Shown here: positions 28,301 to 39,970 of the stretch, piece after piece
Position numbering within the stretch: the stretch's first letter is position 1
How the letters are laid out: each line of letters starts with the position of its first letter
The notes under the pieces: model-generated
Database searches by the model: none
Seen by the model: the letters and a program-made list of their open reading frames with translations, nothing else
Told to the model about the DNA's origin: nothing
Made by a program: the position numbers and the translations under genes
Source: Iphione sp. A-MEVVRFRX5
Lineage: Eukaryota
Reading direction: 5' to 3'
NCBI GenBank assembly: GCA_976226885.1
Contig: OZ320321.1
Span: 15,066,001 to 15,130,000 of the forward strand
Length of the DNA: 64,000 bases

Positions 28301-31300
28301 AATTTTATTGGTCGATTCTCACTATGAGATCACAATTAGTAAAAATAACATCGGCACTACCCGTTACTTCAACTGCTGGTGATCAGTCAATAGTAAGGTG
28401 TTGTTACGTAACTTACATGGCAAATATACCCCCCGGGTTTGTAGCCAGTGCTGGTTTGGAACCGCAGTAGACCCGCTTATGAATATTTGTTGTAGCATCT
28501 GAAACAAACGAAGCAGACAGTAGTTCAAGGCACCAAATAGAAGGCCAACAGAACCTTGTATTTCAGCTCACTGCACATAACTGTATGCCATGAAAGCATT
28601 TATTGGCAATCATGCATGTACAAAATGGACATCACATTCATCTATGTCATTTAGGATCCCCCCCAAAAATTACATTTCTATTCAAGGATGTCAAAATGCG
28701 AAATTGGTTTTCATGTTACATTTTCCACACAATACCTTGACTCGTTCAACAGTTTACTATACAGAGAATACTCGAAATCCGAATGATAGCCGTTTCCGCC
28801 GAAATCGTTCGGATTTCGGAAAATTCGGATTTTGAATAGTGGACTAAGGCCACTGTCAATATCAGTCAGTTACGTGGGGGCCCTAGGCCCTACCTCAACA
28901 CTTTCCATACGTACAAAATGGAAATAAATCATTGGGGAGAGCAACTGGGGCTTGCCGTCAGCTCACAGAGCATTCGGTTCTTTAATATAATTTCAATGTA
29001 TTTTAATCAAATAACAGCAACAAAGATATATGAGTGTATACATAGAGAAAAACGTTCGGTTCCCAGACATATCGTTCGGATTCAGGGAAATAGTTTTCAA
29101 GTGTTTGGTTTTGGAGAGACCTCTGTACATACAGAGTATGTATATTTTCCACGTAAGACTGCCAGACCCTTTCAGAGAATGCATTGAGCAAGGCCTTTCA
29201 CCTTGTGGACAGAACAGTAGCAATAAGACCCAAAGGGTCTTATGATGACTTACTTGGCATTATTTCCAGGATGTCATTGCGAGTGCAGGAGTCAGGTACA
29301 CATACACCTAATGATACACCAATCTGTAAAGGGAAAGGTAAAGTCCTTCGAAGAAACAGAAAGACAGCTTGTTAGAGAGTGTGACTATTTTCAACAAGAA
29401 ATCATATATGTCTGACTCCTGATATCTAGAAGGGAGGATCAAATTGGTTCCCACCTACAAACACGGACCAAAGGGAGACCGTTATCTGCTATGTCGGGTG
29501 AGAGTGAACCCAGGTCAGCAAGCCTGGAGGAGGGTTGATGCTCATCCACCACCCTGGATGGGGGTACATGCACAACCAGAGGAGAGTAAGGCTTTTCATC
29601 TTGTGGATAAAACAATAGCAATTAGACCCAAAAGGTTTTATGATGACTTACGTGACATTATTTCCAGGATGTTATTATCATAGGAGAGGGTGGACCTTCA
29701 TCCACTACCCTTGGAGAGGGTGGATCTCTATCCATAAACCTGGAAGGCGGTGAACTCCCATCCACTACCCTGGGAGAGGGTGGACCCTCATCTACTACCT
29801 TAGGAGAGGGTGGACCCTTATTCACTACCCTGGAAGAGGGTGGACCATCATCCACTACCCTGGGAGAAGGTGGATACCTATCCACTACCCTGGGAGAGGG
29901 TGGACACTCATCCACTACACTGGGAGAGGGTGGACCCCCATCTACTGCCTTAGGAGAGGGTGGACCCTTACACACTACCCAGGAACAGGGTGGATCCTCA
30001 TCCAGTACCCTGGGCGAGGGTGCACCCTCATCCGCTATCCAGTAGGAAGAGAGTGGCGCTGGCAGTCCGGATCTTAAGGTGAACGTTCATCTTTTCCTGC
30101 TTTTCTTGATTCACTTACTGAAGAGCGACTGGTCCTGTCATGTTCTGTACGATACTTGTATGTACCACCATGCTCAAGTCGAGTCCAATTTCCTGCATTA
30201 CTAACCATCCCATAAACAGTAACAGAGACAATCCTTTGAACATTCTGACGTATCTATTCTTCCGTTTTTCCGTTTCTAGACAAAGGTGGATCGCCATTAC
30301 TACTCACTGTGTATTCATGCTGGGCCCAAGTCATCCTGCAGTACTTCGAACCAAACACGTGCCTCCCGACAAAGGAGCTGTTTCCAAGCTCCTCGTTCGT
30401 GAGGTTTACCATTTGCCATGTTGCACGGGCACTCAGGCATTGGTCGTAGTCTCCAAGCCCTTGGAAACGTCCCGAATACAAGCCTGGCAGAGGGAACTCC
30501 CCGTTAGCATTGGCCACTGAAAAAAACACAAATATATCACATTGAAATACAACATTTCACTGTGCACTCTACTTGTGCTGTATTTGGATCACTTACAGTG
30601 TCAACCTATGGGCTTGGCTGATGTGGTTTTACTACAGCACTAAATTTAAGAATCTAGATTTTAACCCTTTGTGCATTTAGCACATAAGTTTTTTAGGTCA
30701 GAGAGGAAGGGGTGTGAGAGGAAAGATAGATGAATGTAAAAAGGTGAAGATACCATGTACTTCATGTTTTCAAAAAGATGGACCGATCACCATTTTACAT
30801 CGTACAGTGTTTAATTACTTTAGAACAATCAGTGAAATGGGCAGGAGGGCTACAACAGTCAAAGGTCAATATACGACAATATTGTTAATATGCTCGTCGT
30901 TGAAACAGGATGACAACAGCCATAACTTCCTTCATATTTGTCAGATTTTGATGCAACGAAGTTCATATGGAACCTAAAGTTCTGAGGTCAGGGAGTGAGC
31001 TATAAGTATGGCCGTGGGACTATTATTAAAGATTTTTATGGCCGTGTAAAGTGTCACCACTGATTCACGGTTAAGATCATGTTGTTTTCTGTTAGTGAGA
31101 GGTTCACAGTAAACAATGTCATTATGACGGCGAAGAATATTCGACACGACTGTATGTATAACCTTGAAATCGTTTCGGTGGCTTCCTAATCGATCTGGCG
31201 CCAATTTACTCTACTAGTAGCCCACTCACTGATGTGCGATGCACAACAAATTTACTATGGTTGAGGTTTTTTACAAGACCTTTGCGCACGTATAAACTAT

Positions 31301-32040
31301 AAAACACAAATAGTTGTCGGATCGCCATATTGTCAGCCACCCTGCTACAACAGATTTTTGTGCCATTTGTGAAGTCATCTTAGAGCATACACCAATCGAA
31401 TTGCTGTATTTTTTGGAAAATGATATTAAGCCATACAAAAACAAGTTCTGTGTTTCCAGTAACATGTTAAAAGAAAGGAGGGTCAGCTGGCAGGTGACAT
31501 TATTTTATTTTTCTTTCTTTTTCATTGTGAATTCATACTGCCAAGTACAAATGTATTTGGCAGTATCACTTATACTGGTTATATGTTAATGAAACTGATG
31601 TCACCTGAAAGCTTGTAACCGAAGGAGTAATTTAGTGGACATTATATGTCTCTATCCTTACTCATTTTGAAGTTATTTAAAAAAGCAACAAGAAAAAAGT
31701 TACAATTGGCTCTAATGTAGGAGTGGTCAGGTTAAAAGAAACAGTTTTTTATATTAGGCCTACGCTTACTGTAGGCAGCCCAGGTATAGTTGTCCGGATC
31801 CTTCATGGCAGTTTCAAGTATGTAGAAATCAGTAGCACACTGGTTACTAATGGTGCCCTCTTCTCCAGCCTGACGGGCCCTGGCCACCAGGTGGCCAGCT
31901 GTACGGTGGACGGCTATGGCCCTCTCAACATCCTCTATCGGGTTCCAGCTGTCCCTCTGACAGTGGGCCTTTCCTGACAGCAGCAGCAGCAGCAGCAGGG
32001 CAATCAGTAGTGCAAGAATGCTGCTTCTTGAGTAAGACAT
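13350..32040 (-). CDS. Nose resistant to fluoxetine 6 (NRF-6)/OACYL-like O-acyltransferase (NRF domain + acyltransferase-3 multi-TM domain), 18 exons, ~754 aa
   Basis: GT-AG, phase-compatible exons: 32040-31770, 30516-30308, 30192-30119, 29523-29469 (tentative; weak donor), 29323-29254, 28498-28417, 27473-27244, 26913-26722, 25264-25112, 23565-23502, 22514-22355, 21543-21464, 18309-18235, 17394-17271, 16322-16196, 15761-15720, 14842-14700, 13463-13350 (2265 nt). Signal peptide; family motifs GDYDQCL, GVCVPDSC, GVRFFSFTWIVIGHT, VDSFFLIS, HRYIRLTP, WWANLFYINNY, CMGWTWYLAADFQFY, YVKPYARAGPY, FLSWKLWLPLSRLSYTGYLIH, EVPFMELEK. Confidence 0.9.
16576..16717. mobile_element. ~140-bp foldback MITE (family also at 28224-28386)
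   Basis: ~44-bp imperfect inverted arms TTGCTGAACATCAAAGTAACGGGTACTGCCGACCTCATTTTTAC / GTAAAAATGGCATCGGCAGTATCCGTTACTTCGGCATTCGGCAA. Confidence 0.65.
17744..18136. mobile_element. 393-bp non-autonomous DNA transposon (MITE)
   Basis: Perfect 19-bp TIR AAGCGCTATCCCCATAGAC; internal GGTGGCGGG direct repeats; TSD not resolved. Confidence 0.75.
18799..19348. repeat. 52-54-bp minisatellite, 10 full units + 1 partial
   Basis: Unit starts ~18799, 18851, 18905, 18957, 19009, 19061, 19113, 19166, 19218, 19272, 19324; consensus GAAGGGCCCTGTGATAAGGGTTATCTG(G/A)GTT(C/T)CCACATC(T/C)ACTAGGACATTT. Confidence 0.95.
20035..20320 (+). mobile_element. tRNA-derived SINE
   Basis: A box TAGCTCAGTGG (20041) and B box GGTTCAATCC (~20084), followed by a non-tRNA body; the segment TGCACAAAAAGACCC...AATAAGAGTAGG resembles, from memory, the Meta-type SINE core. 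3' limit approximate. Confidence 0.65.
21002..21329. mobile_element. PIF/Harbinger-type MITE
   Basis: TTA on both flanks; termini GGCTTAAACAAAAAA / TTTTTTTCTTTAGGCC; internal CCGACCGACCC motif shared with related fragments at ~22821, ~27175 and ~34270. Confidence 0.6.
22011..22179. mobile_element. 169-bp MITE with perfect 14-bp TIR and 5-bp TSD
   Basis: CAGGCCCGTAGCCA ... TGGCTACGGGCCTG, flanked by AGTCA on both sides; internal GGGGTATCG..CGATACCCC hairpins; related fragment at ~10795. Confidence 0.85.
22821..23410. mobile_element. MITE (same family as 21002) hosting a nested MITE
   Basis: Imperfect TIR GGCC..GAAA..TCTGTGTTTCCGGTAA at both ends. Confidence 0.55.
22967..23202. mobile_element. 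Nested ~235-bp MITE with TAACCC motifs
   Basis: ~40-bp inverted arms ACTGCAGTTTACCAGTACATCGACGCCATCTTGGATTTTT / AAAAATTCAATATGGCAGTGACATACCAGTGAACTGCAGT; internal CTAACCCTAACCCT and a G/C hairpin. Confidence 0.6.
28224..28386. mobile_element. Foldback MITE, diverged copy of the 16576 family
   Basis: Inverted arms ATTGCCAGCGGTTGAAACAACGGGTAGTGCAGGCATCATTTTTAC / GTAAAAATAACATCGGCACTACCCGTTACTTCAACTGCTGGTGAT. Confidence 0.6.
29683..30045. repeat. 30-bp minisatellite, 12 units, in intron 3 of the NRF-6-like gene
   Basis: Consensus GGAGAGGGTGGACCCTCATCCACTACCCT(G/T), exact 30-bp period from 29683 to 30013. Confidence 0.95.
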
Positions 32041-34399
32041 TCTGGAAACTGGGAGGAAACAACAAAGGAAGGAAAATTTTGTAGAAGAAGGTCTCCGTGG
32101 TTAGGATGTGATATATATATATATGATATATATCGAAGCGGTCAACTATGTTATTGAGTGAAACATCTAGGACAGGGTAAAAAAAAGTATCCATTATCAG
32201 TCTAAAATGGTTAAAATAGTAAAACTATCCATTTCGTGTTCGAGTAGAACAAGGCTCGAGACTTATTTTACTAGAAAGGAGTCTACGCAGGTCCACTATT
32301 TTAATTGCCTAGAGTCCAACCTCTACATGTACTGCATTGGCCGGTCCAACAGAAGCCAACTTATTGTCGTGATGGTGTTGGTTGTCATCCTTTGACACGA
32401 CGGTTGAAAATGTGTATAGCGTTTTCATCGACGAGAGTTTAGAGCCCCTATTTACGCATACTCAGTAATCATTATGGTGGGGTTATTCATTCAATTAGCA
32501 GACATAAACGTTGTGGATCATAGGGAGGGAGGGGAAATTAAGGAGGCGGGGGGTAGGAGAGTAGCAAGGAACAAGCAGACGGAATGAGGGTTAGTGAGAG
32601 GGAGAGAAAGAGAAAGAGTAAGAGAAATATCTAGAAGGAGAGAGAAACATTCTCTCCACTCCAAAACCCCATAGGGGGCCAAAGAGAGAGAGATTTTTTT
32701 TCACCTGAACCAACAGTAACTGTAAAAATAGAACACTATTGGAAATCAATAAAGATCAAACAAAAGTAATGAGTGCCTGATGAGACACATGTCGAAACCG
32801 TGTTATAGAAGTAAGAAATAAGCTGAAAATTATTAAACCCAGAAAAACAACAGAGCATTGTGACACCTCAGCTCAGCATGGCAAACAAACAAACACATAT
32901 AAAACAGAAGGGGTTGACCTCAAGCTGGTTACTTGACTCGGTAGCACACCAAAGAGCTATGGCCTAACCACGTCTTAATAAAATAGAAGGAGAGAGTGAG
33001 ACGCAACAAAGATGAAAGGTAACAAACATAAAGAGGAAAGGAGAGAGGATATACAACAGAATTAGAAGGTAAACGTATCATGAAGAACGAAAACCCAAAA
33101 TAACTGAAAGGTACAGAAACCACACGGAGAAACAGGTAACGACGTTTGAGGTTCATGCAGATCAATGTTATCGCCACAGATGATAGATCGCATAAACAGG
33201 TGAGCAAATCTTCTGAAAAGAAACTCCTCTGAGAAACTGGGACAGAGGGACTGACTGGCCTAGGAACGACCGAGGTCTCCACCGTTCGGCATGAAGATTC
33301 TAAAATATACTCTGTACCAAGTAGAAGTATTGGAAGAAAGACAAACACAAAGCGGACAGTGCAGGTAAGCCCGTGGAGGATGGTAGCTATACTGGAAAGT
33401 GGAGAGGGAGAACGTTCCACCGTGTTCACGGTTGTATTTGTAGCACAAAGCCAACACCACAGCATCGTCAACCGCATATAGTCATTCATTACTTGTCACG
33501 GATATAATGGGTCATTACAACTTAGGTATCATGACGCCACAAGTGCCCAGTCTCCAGGGTCTTGTAAAAGATCACTGATAACACTTGCGTTGTTCACATG
33601 GTGACTCAACACAAAATACAATAGCTTTACACCGTTTTAAGTCTAGTTCCATTCAACACTCATATGAAGAATTGCATGAGAGAACACAAGTTCTTGCGAG
33701 ACAAACACATTTTTTGACAGGGACGTACTCTGCAGTAGGCTTTACTTTTAGTACTTCTATCTGTACACTATACATAACATAACGTTATAACAATACCACT
33801 TGCACTTAATCATTATTTTAACATTGTCACCTTACGTTATCTCACACTAACATAACGTTACTTTTATTGCACAGCACTTATACATTGGTTCAAACGTTAT
33901 ACAATAATACCCTGTTTTAAGAGCATTGTTTCTACAATAACACATCATCACCTTTATTTGAACTGTGTTACATATTCCCGGGGAAAGCTTCCTCATGATG
34001 AAATGGTAATCGATAGTGTAGTGTCTGTTGGGTGTACTGCATGTAAGACCTGGTATCTAGGATTAGATTTCAGGACGGTCCGGATGCTTTGGGCGTGGTG
34101 AGGTGTCTCAAGGAAGACAAACCGATTTCTCGTTATCGACGTTAGAAATAAATAAGGGAAGGTCGATTTCAACCGAGATAGGTTGTTTTTAGACAGGGGA
34201 AACGTATATAAACAAAGTCTCAGCATACATACCTTACAGAACGTACTCGTCTATATCTAATCATGTAATAAGGCCTGTGAAACAATTATTAATGTGTCCG
34301 GTAGCCCGGCCGACCCTTTTACCTGTTCTGCGTCTTCTGTAACCTTAACCATAAAGGTAAATATGTCATTCTCAGGCATTCCATGTCAACTGCTCTTTT

Positions 34400-34730
34400 C
34401 ATCGTATTTTTCCAGTAAATGCTTCTTTTAGCCTGTGTTTGAACACATTTTTTTTCTCAATATTTTAGGGTCCTTGGCAAACTGTTCCATGTGTACACAG
34501 ATTTATTAAATGCTGAAAGCATTCTTTTCTTGGCCTAGGTATTAAAAAATTTAATATACCCTAACATGTCTTTTCTTTGTAATTTCGTAATATTATTCTT
34601 AGTTTGACTTTTGTTGTGCACTATTGGCTGTGGCATTAGTAGTAACATACTGGTCTGCGATAAAATTGTTTCTGTACACATGTACCCCATTCCCTGTAGA
34701 CACTTTGTATAGTTCCATCATCATCTTTTT
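34400..34730 (-). pseudogene. Decayed 3' end of a CR1/L2-type LINE ORF2
   Basis: Minus-strand translation gives MELYKV...SVYTWNSLPRTLK and, after a frameshift, FKHRLKEA, matching the WNxLP...FKxxLK C-terminal motif; stops and frameshifts present. Confidence 0.45.
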
Positions 34731-37639
34731 CACCTGTGTGTACCTACATGTTGGGGTTTACTTGGAATACATAGTAACTATTAATTTATGAGAGTTTAAA
34801 GCAAATCTGAGAGAAAAAGTGGAGAGAAATATGGCATGGAATGACAACTGTCTGCGCAGTGTAGGTGTGTTTTACCTGTTGTCTGCCACCTGTATCCTAC
34901 AATATAAGTGAGTGCAATCTTAATGTGCGTGTACGTGGCTGTAAAGGAGTTCTGCGTAGGAACATGGTAAGGTTGTACTGTATTGTATTGTGCTGTTGAT
35001 GTTACTTGGTCTGAATCAGGCTTGGCTAAAACCTCACCAACCACACCTTGCAATATGTCAGGTACAAATTCTATTGTAATGTAACTGTTGGCATTGCTTG
35101 GTCTGAATCGGCTTGGCTAAAACCTTGCCAACAAATTCTAACTTGTTCAACATCGAACACCTAGCGGTACATAAACACCGCCACCGAAAACTCCATTTGT
35201 GTACATGTATGCATGAGTGATATGTATTAGTCCAAGTCCGAGGGCCAGCGATCACATGATATAATGGACGAGTGGGCATCAGCCCCGAGTTCATTTTAGA
35301 GTGTATGAGCTGGTCCGAGGATTTTAACTAATTTAAACTACCCCCAATAACACCTGGGCAATGTGCCGACCCAGTCAAGAAGATTAGGTCCACCGAGGCG
35401 AGAGCCCCCCTGCCGACCCAGGCAAGAAAGTTTGGCGTCCCCTGGAACATGGAGAGAAATGGGTGGCAGGGGTGGTTTAAATAAGCACAATGCTATAGCT
35501 TCCTTACATGAGAAGATACACAGAATTTACAACCAGAGCTTGCTTCCCCTTCTCCACTTGGAGAGCATTTGTGCCTTCTTTCTGCCCGGGGACACTGCCA
35601 CCTTGATCAGCGGCAGAAGCGGCAGTGGGGCTCGCTACATTGTTTTTTTCATTGGTCGCTTCTGAGGAGGCGGTAGCTCAAAGAAGTTACAAATAAAATG
35701 AGAGACGAAGAGATAAACATAAAAAAAAGCGTATAAGAGACCAAGCAGCTTCCAGCAGCCCGTATTACTTCAAGGACAACTGTACTTTATGTACCAGCTT
35801 CGAGCCAGTCGTGTTTTAAAGGAAAAGCTCTTGTTATGTACTCACTTGATGAACAAAGATCAGCTCGGTTCTGCGGTCATCCTTCACAGAACCACCTACC
35901 GTAGTCAGGAATGTCCTAACCGTTGTACGCGTGGGGGGGGGGAGGCGCCCAGTTTAAATCATTCCCGTCTTATACCAGGACTGACTGCTGCTCAATGTGG
36001 CCGTGGCGTTCCCACGGAACTCCAGCAGCCCTGGTAGCTGCTGTTGATTTGGCTCTGCCTCTCCCACACCTGTTACAAATGCAAAGCGGATTGTTCACCT
36101 GTATCAGGCCCCTACGACACCTGGAGTCATGCATGTGCCAGGTATGCTTCAGATAATCGGATATAGAGGTTTATGTGTGAGTGGGGTACGAGTATATACC
36201 ACTTGCATTTGTAAAAAGAAAATGTCGCCAGAAATTAGTACCGGCTAGTGTAATGGCGGAAGTCTCATGGGATTTCAGGAGATTGTTTGTCTCTACTGCA
36301 CCTCTGTAAAGCTCTCCCCCCCCCCTTTACGGACTTCTCATTCGGGGATATAGGCTGGAGCTCAAACATAGGTCGGGGGGTCTGATGTTGGTAGGTACTG
36401 CCGCCCGTCCTCGCTCCTTTAGCAAGTCCCTGCCAATTTTAGACAGATAATCACTAACGTAATCTACAGTTTTATGCTATATAACTCTCTCGCTCTTAAC
36501 GTCCTCAGGTGTGATACTGCCTTTTGCTCAGATATTTTCAATTGTATGCATGCATGTAAGGTTAATATGTTAACCGTGTCACACTTAGAATTGATCTGAC
36601 TCACTTTTGTTAATAATAAAAATAACAATTTATTTTCATGTATGTCTACCATAGTTTACTATTACACATGTTATTCCCTTTAGGATATGCTCCAATAGAG
36701 GTTAAAATCAATATATGTTCAATATAATTGATCACCAATACATTACTATTATACTACTTTTCTCCACCAGGAAATGTATGGGTCGCCGTTGCAACAACCG
36801 GAGTTTTCATCATCCGTACAATATTTTGATATTTGGAGGTACTCTGATTGATGAGGCTTGACTGTACTGGCTAAAACCTTTTTTAAACCAAGTCATATAG
36901 GTTAGGATATTATATGGAGCCCTTATTGGGTTTTATCTCTGTATCTAATTTCTTAGATCCTTTCCTCATAATCTTTACTCTATCTTTGCAATCGTAGTGA
37001 AGCATGGCAATAAGAACTTGTTCTATAATGCAATACTGTTTATTTAGTTTAGAAGTAAGAGTATAATGTCTCAGCATCAACTGAGAACTTTTGATTGTTT
37101 ATAATTATTCTACTTATATTCTATCTACCTCAACCACAACTATTTGATGGAAACAGGTAATCTATCTTGCTAGATCCTGTCCTCATAATTTTTACCCCCT
37201 CTTTACAATATTATTGTCAATATATACAATACATATATACATATGACAAATGGAACTTGCTCTAAAATGCGATACTTTACCCAGATTTAACTATCCTTCA
37301 AGGTGATAATAATCCATGAAACATATAATTTACAACTTGGTGAGCCAAACAAAAATAAATCACATATAACATGCCCTGAGTAAGTACTGAAATAGGTGGA
37401 TAGAGCATAGGCAACTGAATGTAGGATGGAGACGAGTTCTCTGCAGATACAACCATGAAGTATTATCAATAACCTCCTGTGTGTCCTTGATTCATAGAAA
37501 TTAACACAGTCAGCCATGAAATCTCATCCTAGTATCAACACATACATATGAACCACACAACTACATCAATCTCTCAGAAAAGTATGCATTTTAGTTAGTT
37601 GATTGCGACCTATCACAGCTATATCCTATAAAACCTTGT

Positions 37640-38987
37640 CATAAATTGGTTTATCCTATATGCCAATTCACACAATATTATGCTATGTTACTAGAGGGCA
37701 GGTGGTAACCATTACAGATTAATCAGATGTATCACTACCATTAATAACTGCATGTTATGGAAGATCAAACCATGTCTTAAAGTCAGTAGCAGCTTTGGAA
37801 CTAACTACCGTTACAAATGCATGATGAACAGGCTGCTCATGATGGGAATGTCTGATGAATTGGGATTGCTCCCCAAGGCCAGATTCATGAAGGACAGTGC
37901 TTTATAAAAGGGATGATGTCAGCAGACTCAATATAGCTTACATTACCAGGAGGAAAAAGACAAAGGAAGGGAAGACAGCACAACTCATGACATGACTATT
38001 TCTTAAAATGACAGATGAGAAAAAACTCATCCTCAATGGCATGAGCTTGAATCTCTAGTTCTTTCAAGCACCCAATACATTCAATCTCATATACCAAGCC
38101 GCCGAAACACCACCTAACACTACTACTTCATCTTCAACTGAGACTATCATGGGTAGAACTTCAAAAACATAACAACTGAAACTGACTAAAGCTGTCCCCC
38201 AGGTTCCCTTTGTAAGAGTACAATAGAACATCATCACTTTTAAGACATTCACCTCAAATTACATGCCATTCAAGATGGATGGAGTCTCCAGACCAGATCA
38301 ATCCTTCCAACTTCACTGATAACCACATAGCCATGCCCTACACAACCTTGTTTGACACCCTCCCACCCTGGCATCAAGGAGAAGTCACAGCAATCGCTGA
38401 GGATGAGTTTAGGAGTGGTTATACATTTCCCATCTTTGATCTGAACAAAGAGAAGAGGAACTGGCCTCTCTCCATTGAAGTTGGGAAATACCAGATTCAC
38501 TGTAATGTTTGCTACAGCTCTGTCCACTACTGTCAAATTACTGGTTTATGGAACCTTCCTTGCCACGGTGAACATAGTCTTGGAATATAATGTAGAGCTG
38601 GTCACTTAACCACTGTGTGTACTGGACATGGACAATTTCCTGACTGGAAACCATTTTCATGTGGGAGTGGACCCTCCAACAAACAGCCCTGTGAATTCTT
38701 TAATTCATTGGAGACACCACTCCATCATTATCATCCATGACTTAATCATAGTCAATGCTACTGATAGTTATGTTCATGCTAATAGAAGAATACAAGGAAG
38801 TAATCCTGTCTGTGGTTATTATTGTCTTGATTATATTAACAAGAGAACAGACAGTATCTTACTGCAGTACTCTATCGAAAGTTACCATGTTAATGGACTG
38901 TATTTGAATGACCTAAATGTTGTTGAGGGAGTGATTAATATATATGTATGTGAGGATCCATCCATACCTGTAAAACTGCCTTCTTGA
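37640..38987 (+). mobile_element. Polinton/Maverick relic, copy A (major capsid with ~740-bp deletion; adenain-like protease 38628-38987)
   Basis: MCP-like pieces FGTNYRYKCMMNRLL..KARFMKDSAL and EDEFRSGYTFPIFDLNKE; protease-like IHW...DSY...RRIQGSNPVCGYYCLDYINKR. Confidence 0.75.
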
Positions 38988-39609
38988 GGTGTGCATTCAA
39001 TGATGAATAATATTTTGTCTTATATTATCTTATCTTATCTTGTGCAGGATTTGATTTTCATCTCTGTTTGCAGTATTAGGAAGATATTGTAGATTGATCA
39101 CCTGTCATGGAGAAAGAAAATGATGAAAAAGTGCTAATTCCTATATCAGTTATGTATATATACACATACAAAAGAAATTACAAAACATTTCATTTAATAT
39201 ATATGTCCATATAAGTATCATATATATGTTGTCACAACGTATTGTTATTGTAACCAAGCAACTTATGTATGTATGCATGTCTACGTCTTGTATCTACACA
39301 CTCTGCTTTGAAAATTTTACTTACAAAAGAAATTACGACACATTTCATTAAATATATATATATATATATATGTATATATCAATGTAAGCAAAGGTTACAT
39401 CAATAAATGCTCTAGATGATACTTCTGTGTTTATGTGTTTTCCACTGGAAGACAGAAATAAATGCATACAGTTGGTGGATTCACTTACATTAGATGTTGA
39501 AACATTTTTTCAGTTGGATTCTCCAATGGGGGTCAAAAAATGAAATAAAAATTATGGAGGTATCAAATCATTACTTTCATGTTACTATAACCATTTTGTA
39601 AAACATCAA

Positions 39610-39970
39610 CCACCTGCTCCATCCCAAGCTCCATCACACGCTTCACCACATAATCCACCACACAGTTCACCACAAGCTCCGCAACATGCTTTACTACATG
39701 CACCATATGCTAACCACATGTTTCAAAACATGCTCCAACACTTTTCTCCACCACATGCTGTACCATAATATTATGCTTCACCACATACTCCACCATATGC
39801 AACACATCCTCCAACTCATGCTCCACCAAATACTTAACCACATGCTCCACCACATGCTGCACCATATGCAAAAGCATATGCACTACATTCTCCAACACAT
39901 GCTCCACCATGTGCGCTACCACATGCTTTGCCACATGCTCCCCTACACAGACCACATGCTCTACCACATG
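39610..39970 (+). repeat. Degenerate 12-bp CCACCACATGCT repeat (PPHA / HHML frames), copy A
   Basis: Low-complexity array; longer copy at ~49855-50270 and truncated copy at ~63720-63835. Confidence 0.85.

Noticed and set aside
29658-29975. Stand-alone 105-aa PPSPRVVDEG repeat protein
   Set aside because: Open only because the unit is 30 bp; intronic; no own start context. Considered only as a possible cryptic exon.
32240-32280. Helitron 3' end (hairpin + CTAG) that might have captured the array
   Set aside because: Weak hairpin, CTAG not followed by T, no 5' TC end or Rep/helicase traces.
36800-37100. LINE ORF1-like relic on the minus strand (LIAMLHYDCKDRVKIMRK)
   Set aside because: Similarity is short and uncertain; no linked ORF2.
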